NCBI GenBank assembly: GCA_963575745.1
Contig: CAUYUJ010000334.1
Coordinates: 1 to 64,000, forward strand
Source: Prorocentrum cordatum
Lineage: Eukaryota
Direction: 5' to 3'
DNA: 64,000 nucleotides
The translations under genes and the position numbers were made by a program. Within the stretch, counting starts at the first letter, position 1. Every line of letters starts with the position of its first letter. A model generated the notes under the pieces. The model made no database searches, had not been told where the DNA came from, and worked only from the letters and a program-made list of their open reading frames with translations. This document shows positions 23,924 to 34,917 of this stretch, piece after piece.

Positions 23924-24024
23924 GGCTAACCTACTTAGACGGGGGGGCTAACCTAGTTAGCTAACCTACTTGGCTAAGCTACTTGGACGGCTTGCTAACC
24001 TACGTTAGCTACGGGGCCTAACCC
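23924..24024 (-). repeat. Right subterminal (G)CTAACCTA(C) motif cluster of the transposon
   Basis: About six copies of gctaaccta-like units. ctaacctacttg is the reverse complement of caagtaggttag at 12296. Confidence 0.65.
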
Positions 24025-24079
24025 CGCGCAAGAAGATAGAACCCAGTCAACCATAAAGGAACCACCGCGGTGATTCAAG

Positions 24080-27000
24080 TAACTCTACAATATCATCTGA
24101 AACAGGCAGCTGAGCCCCCGACGGACCAGGAACCACAGGGTCTTCGGGCGGGCTGAGCTCCTGCGCCAAACCTAGCGCAACGTCGACCGCCTCGCTCCTG
24201 TACGGCCGTGCACGCTGCAATGCGACATCGTTGCGGGCCTGGAGCTTCTGTTGCTCCGTGGGCTCACACTTAGCATAATTACTGGTCCCCGCCACGAGTT
24301 TCAACAAACTGGCTGGGGTCCGAGCCGTGGCCAAACAGATCTTGCACTGCCAGACCCCAGGGCTACGGACGACCACCTCGTGCACACGCAATCCTACCTG
24401 CTGTGCAGGAATCGGGGGGGCACCTAACTTGAGCCTCTCGGGTCTACAGCTGGTGGAGTCCCTGGTGATGAGCTTTGCTGCCGCCCAGGAGAAGAACTTT
24501 GCATTCAACTTCTCTTGACTCAGCCTGGCTTCGAACATTTTGACCGTCGATTTGTGTACTGCATGCATGTTGCCCCCCTCTCGAGCGACAAAGTCAGCCC
24601 ACATGTTTCCGAGCAGAAATTCGAATGGGAGGGTGTCGAAGTGTACCTCCAGGTAACTCTCGATCGTAATGTGCGCGGGCGTCCAGCAAGCTCTGGGCCG
24701 ACGCTTGTCGTCATCAGCATGAAAGATGTGCCTCCAGATGTCCGCGTATGTCGAATTCGCATCTTCCTGGTCGTGGTGCCAGGAATTCACTTCAGCTGCC
24801 AGGCTCTGGAGATCTGTCACCAGTAGGTCCACAGCTGGTAAAAGCCTGAGTGTCATGAGGAAAGCCATTCGCTCCGATCTCCCGACCGTCTGGATCGGAC
24901 CCTCAATGGGCTCATAAGCAGCACGAATAGGCAGCCCGTTGTCCCCCATGACGACGAACGACCACCCACATCGACGAATCTCAGGCCACGCTGGGGCCAG
25001 CCCCGAACCATCTGAGAACACCATTGAGCTCCAGGACCTTCTGTCAGACTCCCAGTCACCCCAGCAGACGTACTGCAACTTGGACTCCACATAAGGTGGG
25101 ATGAGAGGGCTCACAGGTATGCCTACTGCCGTGGCAAAACAATCCCAGTCGGGCTCTCCAAGGGCCTTTTGTCCGAGCTCCCTTAGCATATCATATGTGT
25201 ACTGCATATCAGTATTCCAGTCGAGATCGGGCTCTTCAGGCGAGTCGTCATAAAAACTAGGACAGCAAAAGAACTCGTGTCCAATGGTCGATTGCTCCGC
25301 TGCGCAGTAGATGCAAGCAGGGGGGATCTGGTACCCTTTGGCAGCCAGTCTGGAACGTGACCAAATAGAGTCAGACCACAGTGCACGCAGCGCGCCTGCA
25401 AATCGTGGGTTCGTGACCACTGCCTTCTTAGCTCCAACACATCTTCTCATTGCTCCCATCCATATGACCTCATCCCCATAACAAACCTCCTTGTGATGTG
25501 TAAGTATGCGCATGCCTTGCCAGCGCTCGATGCCTTGCCTGATCAACTCCAGCACGTCCTTGGGACAGAGCTGGAGGAGGTCAAAAGTGTGACCAAGGTC
25601 GCTGTAGATCCCCGTGGCGGAATACATGCCCCATCCTATTCTCCTCAAAGACATCCATACAACGGCAATGGGACCCCTTGCAGAGGTCCAAGTAGCCTTC
25701 TTCTTGAGCCCCTCATCAACCTTCATCCAAGCCCGCTGTAGTCTCCCAAGGCAAACTCTGTTGTCCCAAACGAAGCTGCAGTATGCCTTCAGGGGGTCCA
25801 TAGTGGCATTGTATATTGGGTCGTACTTGGCGTCAGCCTGCGTAGCCAGATATACAGTGAGAGAGGAAACTGCCGTCGAGCGGCCACATAACATGCCAGC
25901 AACAGAGCGTAAACGAGCAAGCTCTTGGTCACTGACTCCTGATACAGTCGCGCCATGCGCAGCAGCAGGAATGAGTCCTGTTCTCCAGGTCGCGGTGACT
26001 CTGTTGCCAGCCGCCTTCTGGAGCATAATAAGCCTTGTGGGCCTGTCCTGCAATCCCTCCATCCTAGCCTTAGCTGGTTTTCTCACAGGAACTGGCCCAC
26101 TAAGTTCATGCCCAAGATTTCGGACCCACTTCTTGCCTTTGAGGTTGATCCTGGAGGCCAGCTTGCGGAACTCATGGTGCCCCTTCCTAGTGTTGGAGAC
26201 CCAGCCCGATTTCTTGACCTGCAGCAGGAGCCCCAACTTGGCCGAATCCTTGACGAAGCTCTGGGCCCCCAAGAACAACTCAGCCGAAGAAGTCCCCGAC
26301 GGCCCAACCCATTGGACCGTGCTGTCATCCACGAGCGCTCTCGGGGTCACGTTGGGGGCTATCTGGTGCACCTTCATGAGGGCCCTGTAGGTGAGGATGG
26401 TGAGGAGGGTGGTGGCGTGGGTGCAGCCCGCGAGGATGCCCTGGTACACCACAACCTGCTTGCTCCAACATCCAAAAGCCTTTATTACCCTTGGCTGGGA
26501 ATACGAATTGATTAGCATCCATAACAAACGTAGCGGGAACCCCAGGCACCTGGCTTCATCTACCAATGCAGGGAACAGCACCGTCTCGAAACATTTCCAC
26601 ATGTCGAGAAAAACCGTGACTGAACTCTCTCCCAGAGAAGCAGCAATCTCCGCCTCCAGGTTGTGCGCACATGCAGAGTAACTGGAAGAGTGTCCCCGCC
26701 GATTGCCCCAAACGAACGGGCTCCCATGCTGGGCAATCCATGTTCTTGAAATCGGGCGCCTTGCGCGCGCCCACAAACGTACTAAGCTCTCTACTCGAGT
26801 GATCAGCCGCGTGCCTCCATCGGGCTTGGCAAGCCTAACCATCTCATTGACTACTCTCTGTGTCGGCCAGTACAACATCCGCTCGCATGTGTGGTGCAGT
26901 GTGCAGAGCGCCAACAAACCAGCGTCAGAGAGGAAGAAGAAGACGCGAAGATGCAGCCTCGTCGGCCCAGTGGCAGTCGTCCACTTGAACGTGAGGGCCG

Positions 27001-28405
27001 CCTTGGACAGGTCTTCAGGCCGAAGAGGAGGAATATTATCCCATGAATGCGCATCACTAGGCAGTACTGGCTCCCCCTGACCGTGACAAGACCATACCTC
27101 ATGCCAGGCATCCATTTCCCTGTCGGCCATCTGGTACGGCTGCATTCTGTCGGTGTGCGCCACTGCTGCCTCCAGCGCCTTGACCTTGGACGTGCGATGC
27201 GCAGGGCCTGCACCTTTCTTGAATGCCGTGTCGACCCACGACTTCCAGCTAGCCTCCACCTTCTTTTTATGCACTTGGTGGAATTCATCTGCATGCTCGA
27301 CGATACGGTAGATCTGCTGCTCGAAGTCGTCCCTTCCTAGCAAGGCTATGCCATCTAGGAAGAAGTTCTGAGTCTCCTCATCCAGGTGATTCATCATGTG
27401 GTTCTGCTGCCCCACTATCTTGAGCAAGAAGCGATCTGTGTCCACCAGCGAACGAGCCAATCTATCAATGGGATTCTGACTCGCTGATACTCGCCGCTTC
27501 CTGGAATGCGTTCTGCCAGGATTCCTTGGATCCTCGCGTGGCATCGAGGCTGACGCATTAGCCGCGGTCGCCGAAGTAGTACCCGTAGGCCCTCTACCAG
27601 GGGCATAGACAGCACAGGCCGAAGACGCAGATCGCGGCGCCATCGACCCTCCAGCGATCCCACCGCACGGGGTCACTGAGCTGAGAGCCGCGGGCATGCG
27701 CGGATCAGCATAGGACACGCGCCGCGGGGCAGCCTCGTCCTTCATAGGGCGTAGGCGGCATGACCCACTCGTAGATGCCCTCTGTGAACTCGAAGAGACA
27801 GGCGCTTGTATGTCATGTATGTCACCTGCTACGCGTTGTATGCAAGGTATGGGTACACCGTCGCTCGCCTTCGAACTGTTCCTTCTGCTGGTGACCGTCG
27901 TCCAGTTTTCATCTGCTTCGTCTCTCATGGGAGCTGCGGCAGCAGGTGCCATGGAAGGCTGTCGGCTGGACCAGGGCGAACTGTAGTCAGGAAGGTGAAA
28001 CTCACCCGCCCGCCTATCATCACGTACAGCTTCCTGCGCCAACTTGATCCAGAAGGCTCGCACTCTCATAAGATGCTTCGCCCATCTGGTCGCAGCCTGC
28101 CAAGCTAAGGCCGTCGGCCCAAGAGCTCCCGCCTCCCACTTGGGGGTCCAGTGTGCTTCGACAAACTTGGTGTCTCTCGGGCCCGCTCTGCCCCTGAATG
28201 GAGCCGCATCATCGTCGACCACGTCGTATCTGTTGAGAATCTCAAATTCCACTCCAGTAATGACTGCGTCCCAAGCCATCCTTAGCGTGTCGTCGTCATG
28301 AGCACGTAGAATGGTGTCCATCACTTGATCCCAATTCATTGGAAATCGCGAACAACCTTGCTTGGGTAGCTCTGGTAGCTGCTTGGGCTCAACAGGGACC
28401 CTCAG
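24080..28405 (-). CDS. LINE-A ORF2, reverse transcriptase + RNase H portion
   Basis: RT motifs LAKPDGGTRLI, FLDMWKCFETV, QGILAGC, ALVDDS, RNLG. RNase H motifs FSDGSG, QTVGRSE, TDLQSL, WTPAH, GNMWADFVA. Also CxxC motifs (CIYC...HEFFCC; WQCKIC). Open in frame from just after the TGA at 28406-28408 down to the transposon junction at 24080. Confidence 0.93.
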
Positions 28406-29131
28406 TCAGATTTGCTTGGGCACTGCTCGAATCGAGAGAGCCACAGGCGCATGCGTGGGTAGCCCTGCTGCAGCCAACACATCTGGTGGCTCAATGATGG
28501 CAGCCAGATTGGAGTGGACCAGGAAATAATCATAAATCTTGCCCTCGACGGAGTTGGTGGTGCGACAGGTGACTTGCGAAGGTACCATCATCAACGCATT
28601 AGTCTGCGCCACCCACTCCTGTGAACCAATCAAATTCGCACTCATATTAAAGTCACCTCCAATGACCCAAGGCCGATTGGCGGCATTGAGGCGGCCCACG
28701 TACTGCGCCACCTTGTGGAGAACCATAAGGTTGTAGTCATTCAAGTCAACGGAGTCCTGCAAGTAGAGGGAGATGACAACCAACCCGCTCTTCAGGCCCC
28801 AGTTGACCTGCGCTGCCACAGCCCGAGAGGGCGCAATCTCAGGGTCCTTGAGCAGAGGTGGCGCCGTAACCGTGATATAGCTCGGCGTGATCACTGCAAC
28901 CCCAGCTGATAGCCCGTCAGCTGCCGTGCGCTTGGCCGCCGAGAAGATGCCGTGGTAGCCCATGCACTTGAGCTTGTACTGCAAGCTGGGCAGCATCAGG
29001 CCATCTGACTTATGCTCTTGAACCAGTATCACGGCATCTGTGGCCTGCTCCACATGACGTAGCAAAGGGCCAGCTGCATCAGAATTGACCGTAACGATCT
29101 GCCCCTTGATCTTAGAATCGGAACTCGCCAT
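28406..29131 (-). CDS. LINE-A ORF2, APE (exo/endo/phosphatase) endonuclease domain; ends at a single in-frame TGA
   Basis: Motifs VTVNS, ILVQEH, SAGVAV, ISLYL, IGGDFN, IYDYFLV, THAPV. Same frame as the 24047..28339 ORF. Confidence 0.88.
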   Translation of the reverse strand: MASSDSKIKGQIVTVNSDAAGPLLRHVEQATDAVILVQEHKSDGLMLPSLQYKLKCMGYHGIFSAAKRTAADGLSAGVAVITPSYITVTAPPLLKDPEIAPSRAVAAQVNWGLKSGLVVISLYLQDSVDLNDYNLMVLHKVAQYVGRLNAANRPWVIGGDFNMSANLIGSQEWVAQTNALMMVPSQVTCRTTNSVEGKIYDYFLVHSNLAAIIEPPDVLAAAGLPTHAPVALSIRAVPKQI

Positions 29132-29180
29132 CTTAACCAGAAAAGTGAACATCATCATGACATGGATTAGCCTCCTAGGC

Positions 29181-30317
29181 CTAGTAGGCCTGGAAACCTG
29201 GCCCCTTCCTCTGCTTGGCATGCTGCTCCAGCTTGCAGAGTCGGTTGGCTGCACTACGCATCTCCTCCAAGGTCGTGGGCACCTCCTGACCCGCCTCCGC
29301 CAGGTAAGGCCGCAAGACTTCTTCGGTTGCTTCCTTGATAGGCACCAGAGGGACATCATCATCAGCAATTGACTCATTGTCCAGCAGCTCAGGAATCGCC
29401 TGATGTCTAGGCGCACCCACAGGTTGCAACCGAGCATTCGTGATGATTTGTGGCAGTGCTTGAGCCACTCCGTGCGCGATGGCGTCAGTCCTGTCACCAG
29501 CTCCGAGGGCGCGCAAGACCTCGCCCAACTTGGTGGTATCAAGGCCCAGAGCTTGAACAGTCTGCCCAGACTCCCCGTCATCATTAGGTACAGGTGGGAC
29601 ATAGCTCTGACGCGCCAAGTCCGCGTGCTGGGTCTGGAGCTCGAGCAGCTTGGCCTTCTTGTCCAGCACCTTCTGCTCTGCCTGCGCCAGCACCTCCTGG
29701 AGCTCCTTGATGACCGCCTTCTGGTCCTCAACGTCCTTCTCCGCTTTGGCAATTTGCTTGCCCATAGCTTCAATCTGCTTGCCAACGACGAACATGCGTG
29801 AGGCGGCAGGCTTGTGCTTGTTAGTCTCTCCCTGGAGCTCGCTGCGTTCTTTGGTGAGCGCCTCCTTGAGAACGTCCCAGGCTGCGCCCACACCTTTGCT
29901 GGCGACAGCGATCTCCTTATCCAGCTCCAAAATACGTGCACGAAACTTGCCTTCATCGAAATCATTTCCCATAGCCTTTGGCTCCGACACGTCCGTGGCA
30001 TCAGGCGCTGGCACGTACTTGGCCTGGACTTGCTTCTCCAGCTTGGCGATCGTCTCCTGCGCCAAGCGCAGCTGCTTGGCCACCTCCCACGGTGCCGAGC
30101 CAGAGCTGGTGGCTTTCTTGCCACCTCCCTTGAGACCTCCAGCGTGCACGCTCGGGTCTGTGGTGGACTGCTTGTAGGCCTTGAAGCAACTGCTTTTGGG
30201 ACGCCTGCACGGGAAGCATGTTGTTCTGTCGGCCTTATTGAAGAAAGGTTCGCCCGTGCGCTCGTGGATGCAGGTCTTGCACAGCCAAGTCTTGTCGGCG
30301 ACTGGGCGTGGCACCAT
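29181..30317 (-). CDS. LINE-A ORF1 (378 aa): N-terminal RanBP2-like zinc finger and long coiled coil
   Basis: ATG at 30317. Motif WLCKTC...FFNKADRTTCFPCRRPK (W-x-C-x2-C...N...C-x2-C). E/K/A/Q-rich heptads follow. Lies immediately upstream of ORF2. Confidence 0.8.
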   Translation of the reverse strand: MVPRPVADKTWLCKTCIHERTGEPFFNKADRTTCFPCRRPKSSCFKAYKQSTTDPSVHAGGLKGGGKKATSSGSAPWEVAKQLRLAQETIAKLEKQVQAKYVPAPDATDVSEPKAMGNDFDEGKFRARILELDKEIAVASKGVGAAWDVLKEALTKERSELQGETNKHKPAASRMFVVGKQIEAMGKQIAKAEKDVEDQKAVIKELQEVLAQAEQKVLDKKAKLLELQTQHADLARQSYVPPVPNDDGESGQTVQALGLDTTKLGEVLRALGAGDRTDAIAHGVAQALPQIITNARLQPVGAPRHQAIPELLDNESIADDDVPLVPIKEATEEVLRPYLAEAGQEVPTTLEEMRSAANRLCKLEQHAKQRKGPGFQAY

Positions 30318-30511
30318 CCTGCCCTCACAACGCACACGAGGAACAAGAGCACAATACACGAGGCAGAGAGGCCCCGAGTATGCTGGGATGAGAGAAGCGC
30401 GCCGAGATGGGGCGGACCACCTCGGCGCTCGCCCTGGGGCTGACCAGGGGAAGGACTGCAAACTGGCCGCGGACTAGCGGTATCCACTCGTTCCCCTGCG
30501 GAACAAAGCAT

Positions 30512-30533
30512 CTTGAGCCAAAATGGCTACGGA
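30512..30533 (-). other. Exact dinoflagellate spliced-leader sequence (22 nt) at the 5' end of LINE-A
   Basis: The + strand reads cttgagccaaaatggctacgga, the reverse complement of TCCGTAGCCATTTTGGCTCAAG, matching the DinoSL consensus DCCGTAGCCATTTTGGCTCAAG. Confidence 0.97.
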
Positions 30534-32087
30534 GGAGGAGGAGGAGGAGGAGGAGGAGGAGGAAGAGGAGGAGGAGGAGGAGGAGGAGGAGGAGGACTCG
30601 GGAGCGGAGCGGGAAGGAAAGGCCTCCCAGGGCCTCGGCATCTCTGGGACGCGTGCGTTGGCCCTCGGCGAGGGCCATCGTTCCCGAAACCGGCATACAG
30701 CGGAGGCCAATCCACAAGAAACCTTCCACAAGGAGCCCAACCCTGAGATCCCAGGACGTCCTTTGATTTTTGGCGTGGGAACGTCACGCTTTCCACAACG
30801 AAGCCGTCGAAACCCAAGACACCCTGGAGCGGGGGGGTTCCTTGGCATGGCCCCCCACTGTATAAAAGGCACGGGGAGTGGCCGCCCGAGCAATGGCGAG
30901 AGGCCTCCCATGGAGGAGGAGGAGGAGGAGGAGGAGGAGGAGGAGGAGGAGGAGGAGGAGAAGGAGGAGGAGGAGGAGGAGGAGGAGGAGGAGGAGGAGG
31001 AGGAGGAGGGGAGGGCGGAGGGCCTTCTCTCCGAGGCTGCTGCTGGCGGCTCCTCGCCACTCGCCCCCAGAGCTCCCGGGCGGCTGCGGGGGCGGCGGGG
31101 AGGCTCTGCGTCGATCCCTGCGGCTCTCCTCGCCCCGGAGTGCGCTCCAGCAGCTGCGCTTCGCCGAGAGCGTACGGGGGGTGCCCCGGTCGGCCGCCAG
31201 ATGCCCGAGGCATGGCCCGAACGCCTTGCCTCCTCGCGTTGCAACAAAAAAAACGCGACGCACATTTTTTTTTGGCAATCTTCGATCTCTGGGCCTCGCC
31301 GGGCCCCATGACTTACCATCAAGGGGATCACGTAGGAAAAAATGAAGCCAGCGTTGTGGGTTCCGCCTTCTAGGACTGTGGGGGGCTTCTGTGAAGGCAA
31401 GGGCCTTCTTAGGGGCACTCTCGGCTTCTGGGGAGGCGTCTCAGAAGCCTCGCGCCCTGTCCGAGAGGGCTCCTTCCTTCTGAGACGCCCCCGCCTCCCC
31501 AGAACGCCTTGTCCTTCGCCCCGAGTCCTTTCCCTGAACGGCCCCGGAGCCCAGCGAGGTCCCCCAGAGGCCGAGAACGACCCCTTGAGGGAACGAACTC
31601 GAGGAGGCGCAGTTGATGGGAAGCATCCCGAGGCAAGATATCCCACAACAAACAACGGCAACACCCGACAGACAGACAGAAGGAGGAGGTGGTGGAGGAG
31701 GAGGAGGAGGAGCGGGAGGAGGAGGACGAGGAGGAGGAGGAGGAAGAGGAGGAGGAGGAAGACGAGGAGGAGGAGGAGGAGGAGGAGGAGGAGGAGGAGG
31801 CACGAAGGCGAACAGCCCGAAAGCCCTCCGTCGGGTCCTGGGCGGCGGCGGCGGGCTTCTTCTGGGCGGCCCTCTTGGGCGGGCGCTGCGGCGGGAAGGG
31901 CGCCATTGCGCCGCCGAGCCGCTGGCGCTTCGTGCCGAGCGGCCCTCCGCCGGGCAGCCTGCTCCCCTGGCGCTTGGCGCCGGGCTCCGCGGGCGTGCCT
32001 GCGGAGGCCAGTTCCCCGCCCGGGTCTCTCTCTCTCTCTCTCTCTCTCTTTTTTCTTTCTCTCTCTCTCTCTCTTTTTTTATTTTTT

Positions 32088-32123
<36 letters not shown>

Positions 32124-32487
32124 GTATGTATATATACATATATAAATATGCCGCCATCTACCTCTCTCTCTGCCTCTCTTTCTTTTTCTGTCTCTCTGTG
32201 CCTCTCTCTCTCTCTTTCTTTCTTTCTCTCTCTCTCTCTTGTTTCTCTGTGTGCGTGTGCCTGCTTACTTCATTCGTCAACCTCTAGTCTGGCCTCCCAT
32301 CGGCACACGATCGGACGTTCGATGGTAATCTCTCTTAGCGCGTTTCGCTTTTGCCCTCGCTGCGTTGGACCAACAGGCCGCGAAGAAAAACATGTGTGTG
32401 CGTGTGTACGTAGACGCGCGCTTCACTGCCTGCACCCGACTTTCTATGCCCCGTCGCCGCGCGCGGGGCCGCGACGCCAAAAAAACG

Positions 32488-32496
32488 TGTGCGTGA

Positions 32497-32572
<76 letters not shown>

Positions 32573-32735
32573 GCGCGCGCGCGCGCGCGTGTGTGTGTGT
32601 GTGGTGTGTGTTGTGTGTGTGTGTGTGTGCGTGTGCGTGTGCGTGTGCGTGTGCGCGTGTGCGCGTGTGCGCGTGTGCGTGTGTGCGTGTGTGCGTGTGT
32701 GTGCGTGTGTGCGTGTGTGCGTGTGCGTGTGTGCG

Positions 32736-32802
<67 letters not shown>

Positions 32803-32803
32803 C

Positions 32804-32839
<36 letters not shown>

Positions 32840-32884
32840 TGTGCGGTGTGTGTGTGTGTGTGTGTGGTGTGTGTGTGTGTGTGT

Positions 32885-32935
<51 letters not shown>

Positions 32936-33021
32936 GCGTGTGCGCGTGCGTCTCTCTCTCTCTCTCTCTGTGTGTGCGCGCGCGCGCGCGTGCGTGCGTG
33001 CGTGCGCGCGTGCGCGCGCGC

Positions 33022-33069
<48 letters not shown>

Positions 33070-33086
33070 TGTGTGTGTGTGTGTGC

Positions 33087-33127
<41 letters not shown>

Positions 33128-33473
33128 GTGTGTGGTGTGTGTGTGTGCGTGTGCGTGTGCGTGTGCGTGTGTGTGTGTGTTACTCCGCCAAGTCGCTGCG
33201 CGCGAGGCCGCGATCGCCGAAAGTGTGTGTGTGTGTGTGAGGAGGAGGAGGAGGAGGAGGTGGAGGAGGAGGAGGTGGAGGGAGGAGGAGGAGGAGGAGG
33301 AGGAGGAGGAGAGGAGGAGGAGAAGGAGGAGGGGAGGAGGAGGAGGAGGAGGAGGAGAGGAGGAGGAGGGAGGAGGAGGAGGATATGTGTGTGTGTGCGT
33401 GTGTGTGTGTGGTGTGTGTGTGTGTGGTGTGTGTGTTGTGTGTGTGTGTGTGTGCGTGTGCGTGCGTGTGTGC

Positions 33474-33513
<40 letters not shown>

Positions 33514-33556
33514 GTGTGTGCGCGCGCGCGCGTGTGTGTGTGTGTGTGTGCGTGGG

Positions 33557-33604
<48 letters not shown>

Positions 33605-33613
33605 TGTGTGCGC

Positions 33614-33651
<38 letters not shown>
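32488..33651. repeat. Compound (GT)n/(GCGT)n/(GGA)n microsatellite
   Basis: Seen directly in the sequence. Confidence 0.97.
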
Positions 33652-33653
<2 letters not shown>

Positions 33654-34504
33654 CCGTCCGCTTTCTCGGCTACCAGCGCTGGCGCGCTGCGCGTGCGCTC
33701 CGGCTGTCCTCTCCGCCTCCCACTCACCCTTGCAGCCTCGTGCTGCCGCCCTGGCCTCGGCCGCCCTTCTGCCGCCCGTCGCTGGTCGCTCTGCGCTCGG
33801 GGGCGCGCAAACATGGATTAGCGATCCATGGATTTGGCGCGCGGTCGCCAATTCCATAGATCGGGGGAGGGCCCTCCCCTAAATGCGGCCGGTGCCGCCT
33901 CGCTCGGCGGCGGAAATCCGCGATTTCCCCTGGGAACGGACCCCGTCGCTAATCCACGCCCCCTTAATCCGTGTTTGCGATCGCCTGACTGTCGCTCGTC
34001 ACTAGTCGTGCTGCGCCTCCTCCTTCCCGGGGCTTTGCCCTTGCCCCCTGCTGCAGCCTCGCTGCCCACGCCCGGGCACGTCGATGGCTGGTCGACCCAG
34101 TGCGGGCCCCTCACGCTCTGAACGGCTCCCCGCGCGCGCGCCCTCCGCTTCGGTGACTTTCTGCGCCTCGACGGAGGAGGAGGAGGAGGAGGAGGAGGAG
34201 GAGGAGGAGGAGGAGGAGGAGGAGGAGGAGGAGGAGGAGGAGGAGGAGGAGGAGGGCGAGGCCGTGTACCACAGCCCGCTCCATTCTGGTGATGCGCTCG
34301 GCGAGGGGGGGCCCGACGCCCCCTGGGGTCCCAAATCACCCCTCCCGCGCCTCTGACGTCCCCGCCCGTGCGGCCCCCGCCCGCGTTGACTCCGCGCCCT
34401 TGCGGACCCTGAGCTGCACTTCCTCGCTGCCTGGTGGTACGGTGATGGCATTGGATAGGGAAACCTTCGATAATCGGGGGGAACGACGAAGGGGGGGGGG
34501 GATA

Positions 34505-34675
34505 GCAAAGGGCAGGGTAGAGACTCAGCTCACGCAGCTGATTTTACCAGCGCCTCCCTGCGCCGGGAGGCGCCCACGTATCGAGGAATGGGCCCGGCGG
34601 CGGGGCGAAACCAGCTGCATGCAGCAGATTTCGTACCCCCCCCTCTCCCGATCCCCCCATATTTCGTTCGGCCCG
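34505..34675 (+). repeat. Dispersed repeat; second copy at about 61333-61492
   Basis: Both copies share aaagggcagggtaga...cagctcac...cgaaaccagctgca.gcagcagatttcgtacccccc. Confidence 0.8.
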
Positions 34676-34759
34676 AGATGAGGAGTCCAGGGTCTGGAAG
34701 CCTGTGGAAAACCCATCGCGGATCGGCCATGGATGTCACCGCCGCCCTCATCAGATAGG

Positions 34760-34917
34760 TTACCAGCCTGGAACATATCCCTATCCCTATGCTCGGCACC
34801 TCCTCATCACGATGCCAATCTTAGGGATTCCCTGAGTTTTCCAGGGCGAATGCCTAAGATTGTCATCGCCTTTTGGCGCGTCAATCTTAGGGATAGGGAT
34901 ATGTTCCAGGCTGGTAA
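34760..34917. mobile_element. MITE, 158 bp, 30-bp perfect TIRs, 5-bp TSD ATAGG
   Basis: ttaccagcctggaacatatccctatcccta at 34760-34789 and its reverse complement at 34888-34917. atagg at 34755-34759 and 34918-34922. Confidence 0.9.

Larger units (their letters stand above)
12089..24079 (+). mobile_element. 11,991-bp multigene DNA transposon with 13-bp TIRs and TA target-site duplication
   Basis: Left end TA|CTTGAATCACCGC (12087-12101); right end GCGGTGATTCAAG|TA (24067-24081). The empty site restores the LINE-A ORF. It contains an internal transposase and inverted subterminal motif clusters. Confidence 0.92.
11747..30533 (-). mobile_element. LINE-A: full-length non-LTR retrotransposon (about 6.8 kb without the nested insertion), ORF1 + APE-RT-RNase H ORF2, interrupted by a DNA transposon
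   Basis: The 5' end is an exact DinoSL. ORF1 and ORF2 motifs are present. The ORF2 C-terminus resumes in frame at 12086 after removing 12089-24079 and one TA. Both ends abut (GGA)n tracts (11607-11746, 30531-30596). Confidence 0.92.

Noticed and set aside
24047..24079. Apparent C-terminus LESPRWFLYG* of the 1430-aa ORF
   Set aside because: It is read-through into the transposon right TIR, not the true end.
30512..30533. SL RNA gene
   Set aside because: The SL is followed by ATG and the LINE 5' region, not by a GT donor and SL-RNA intron, so it is a retroposed leader.
31689..33882. Long ORFs (for example 710 aa and 456 aa)
   Set aside because: These are translations of GT/GGA microsatellites.
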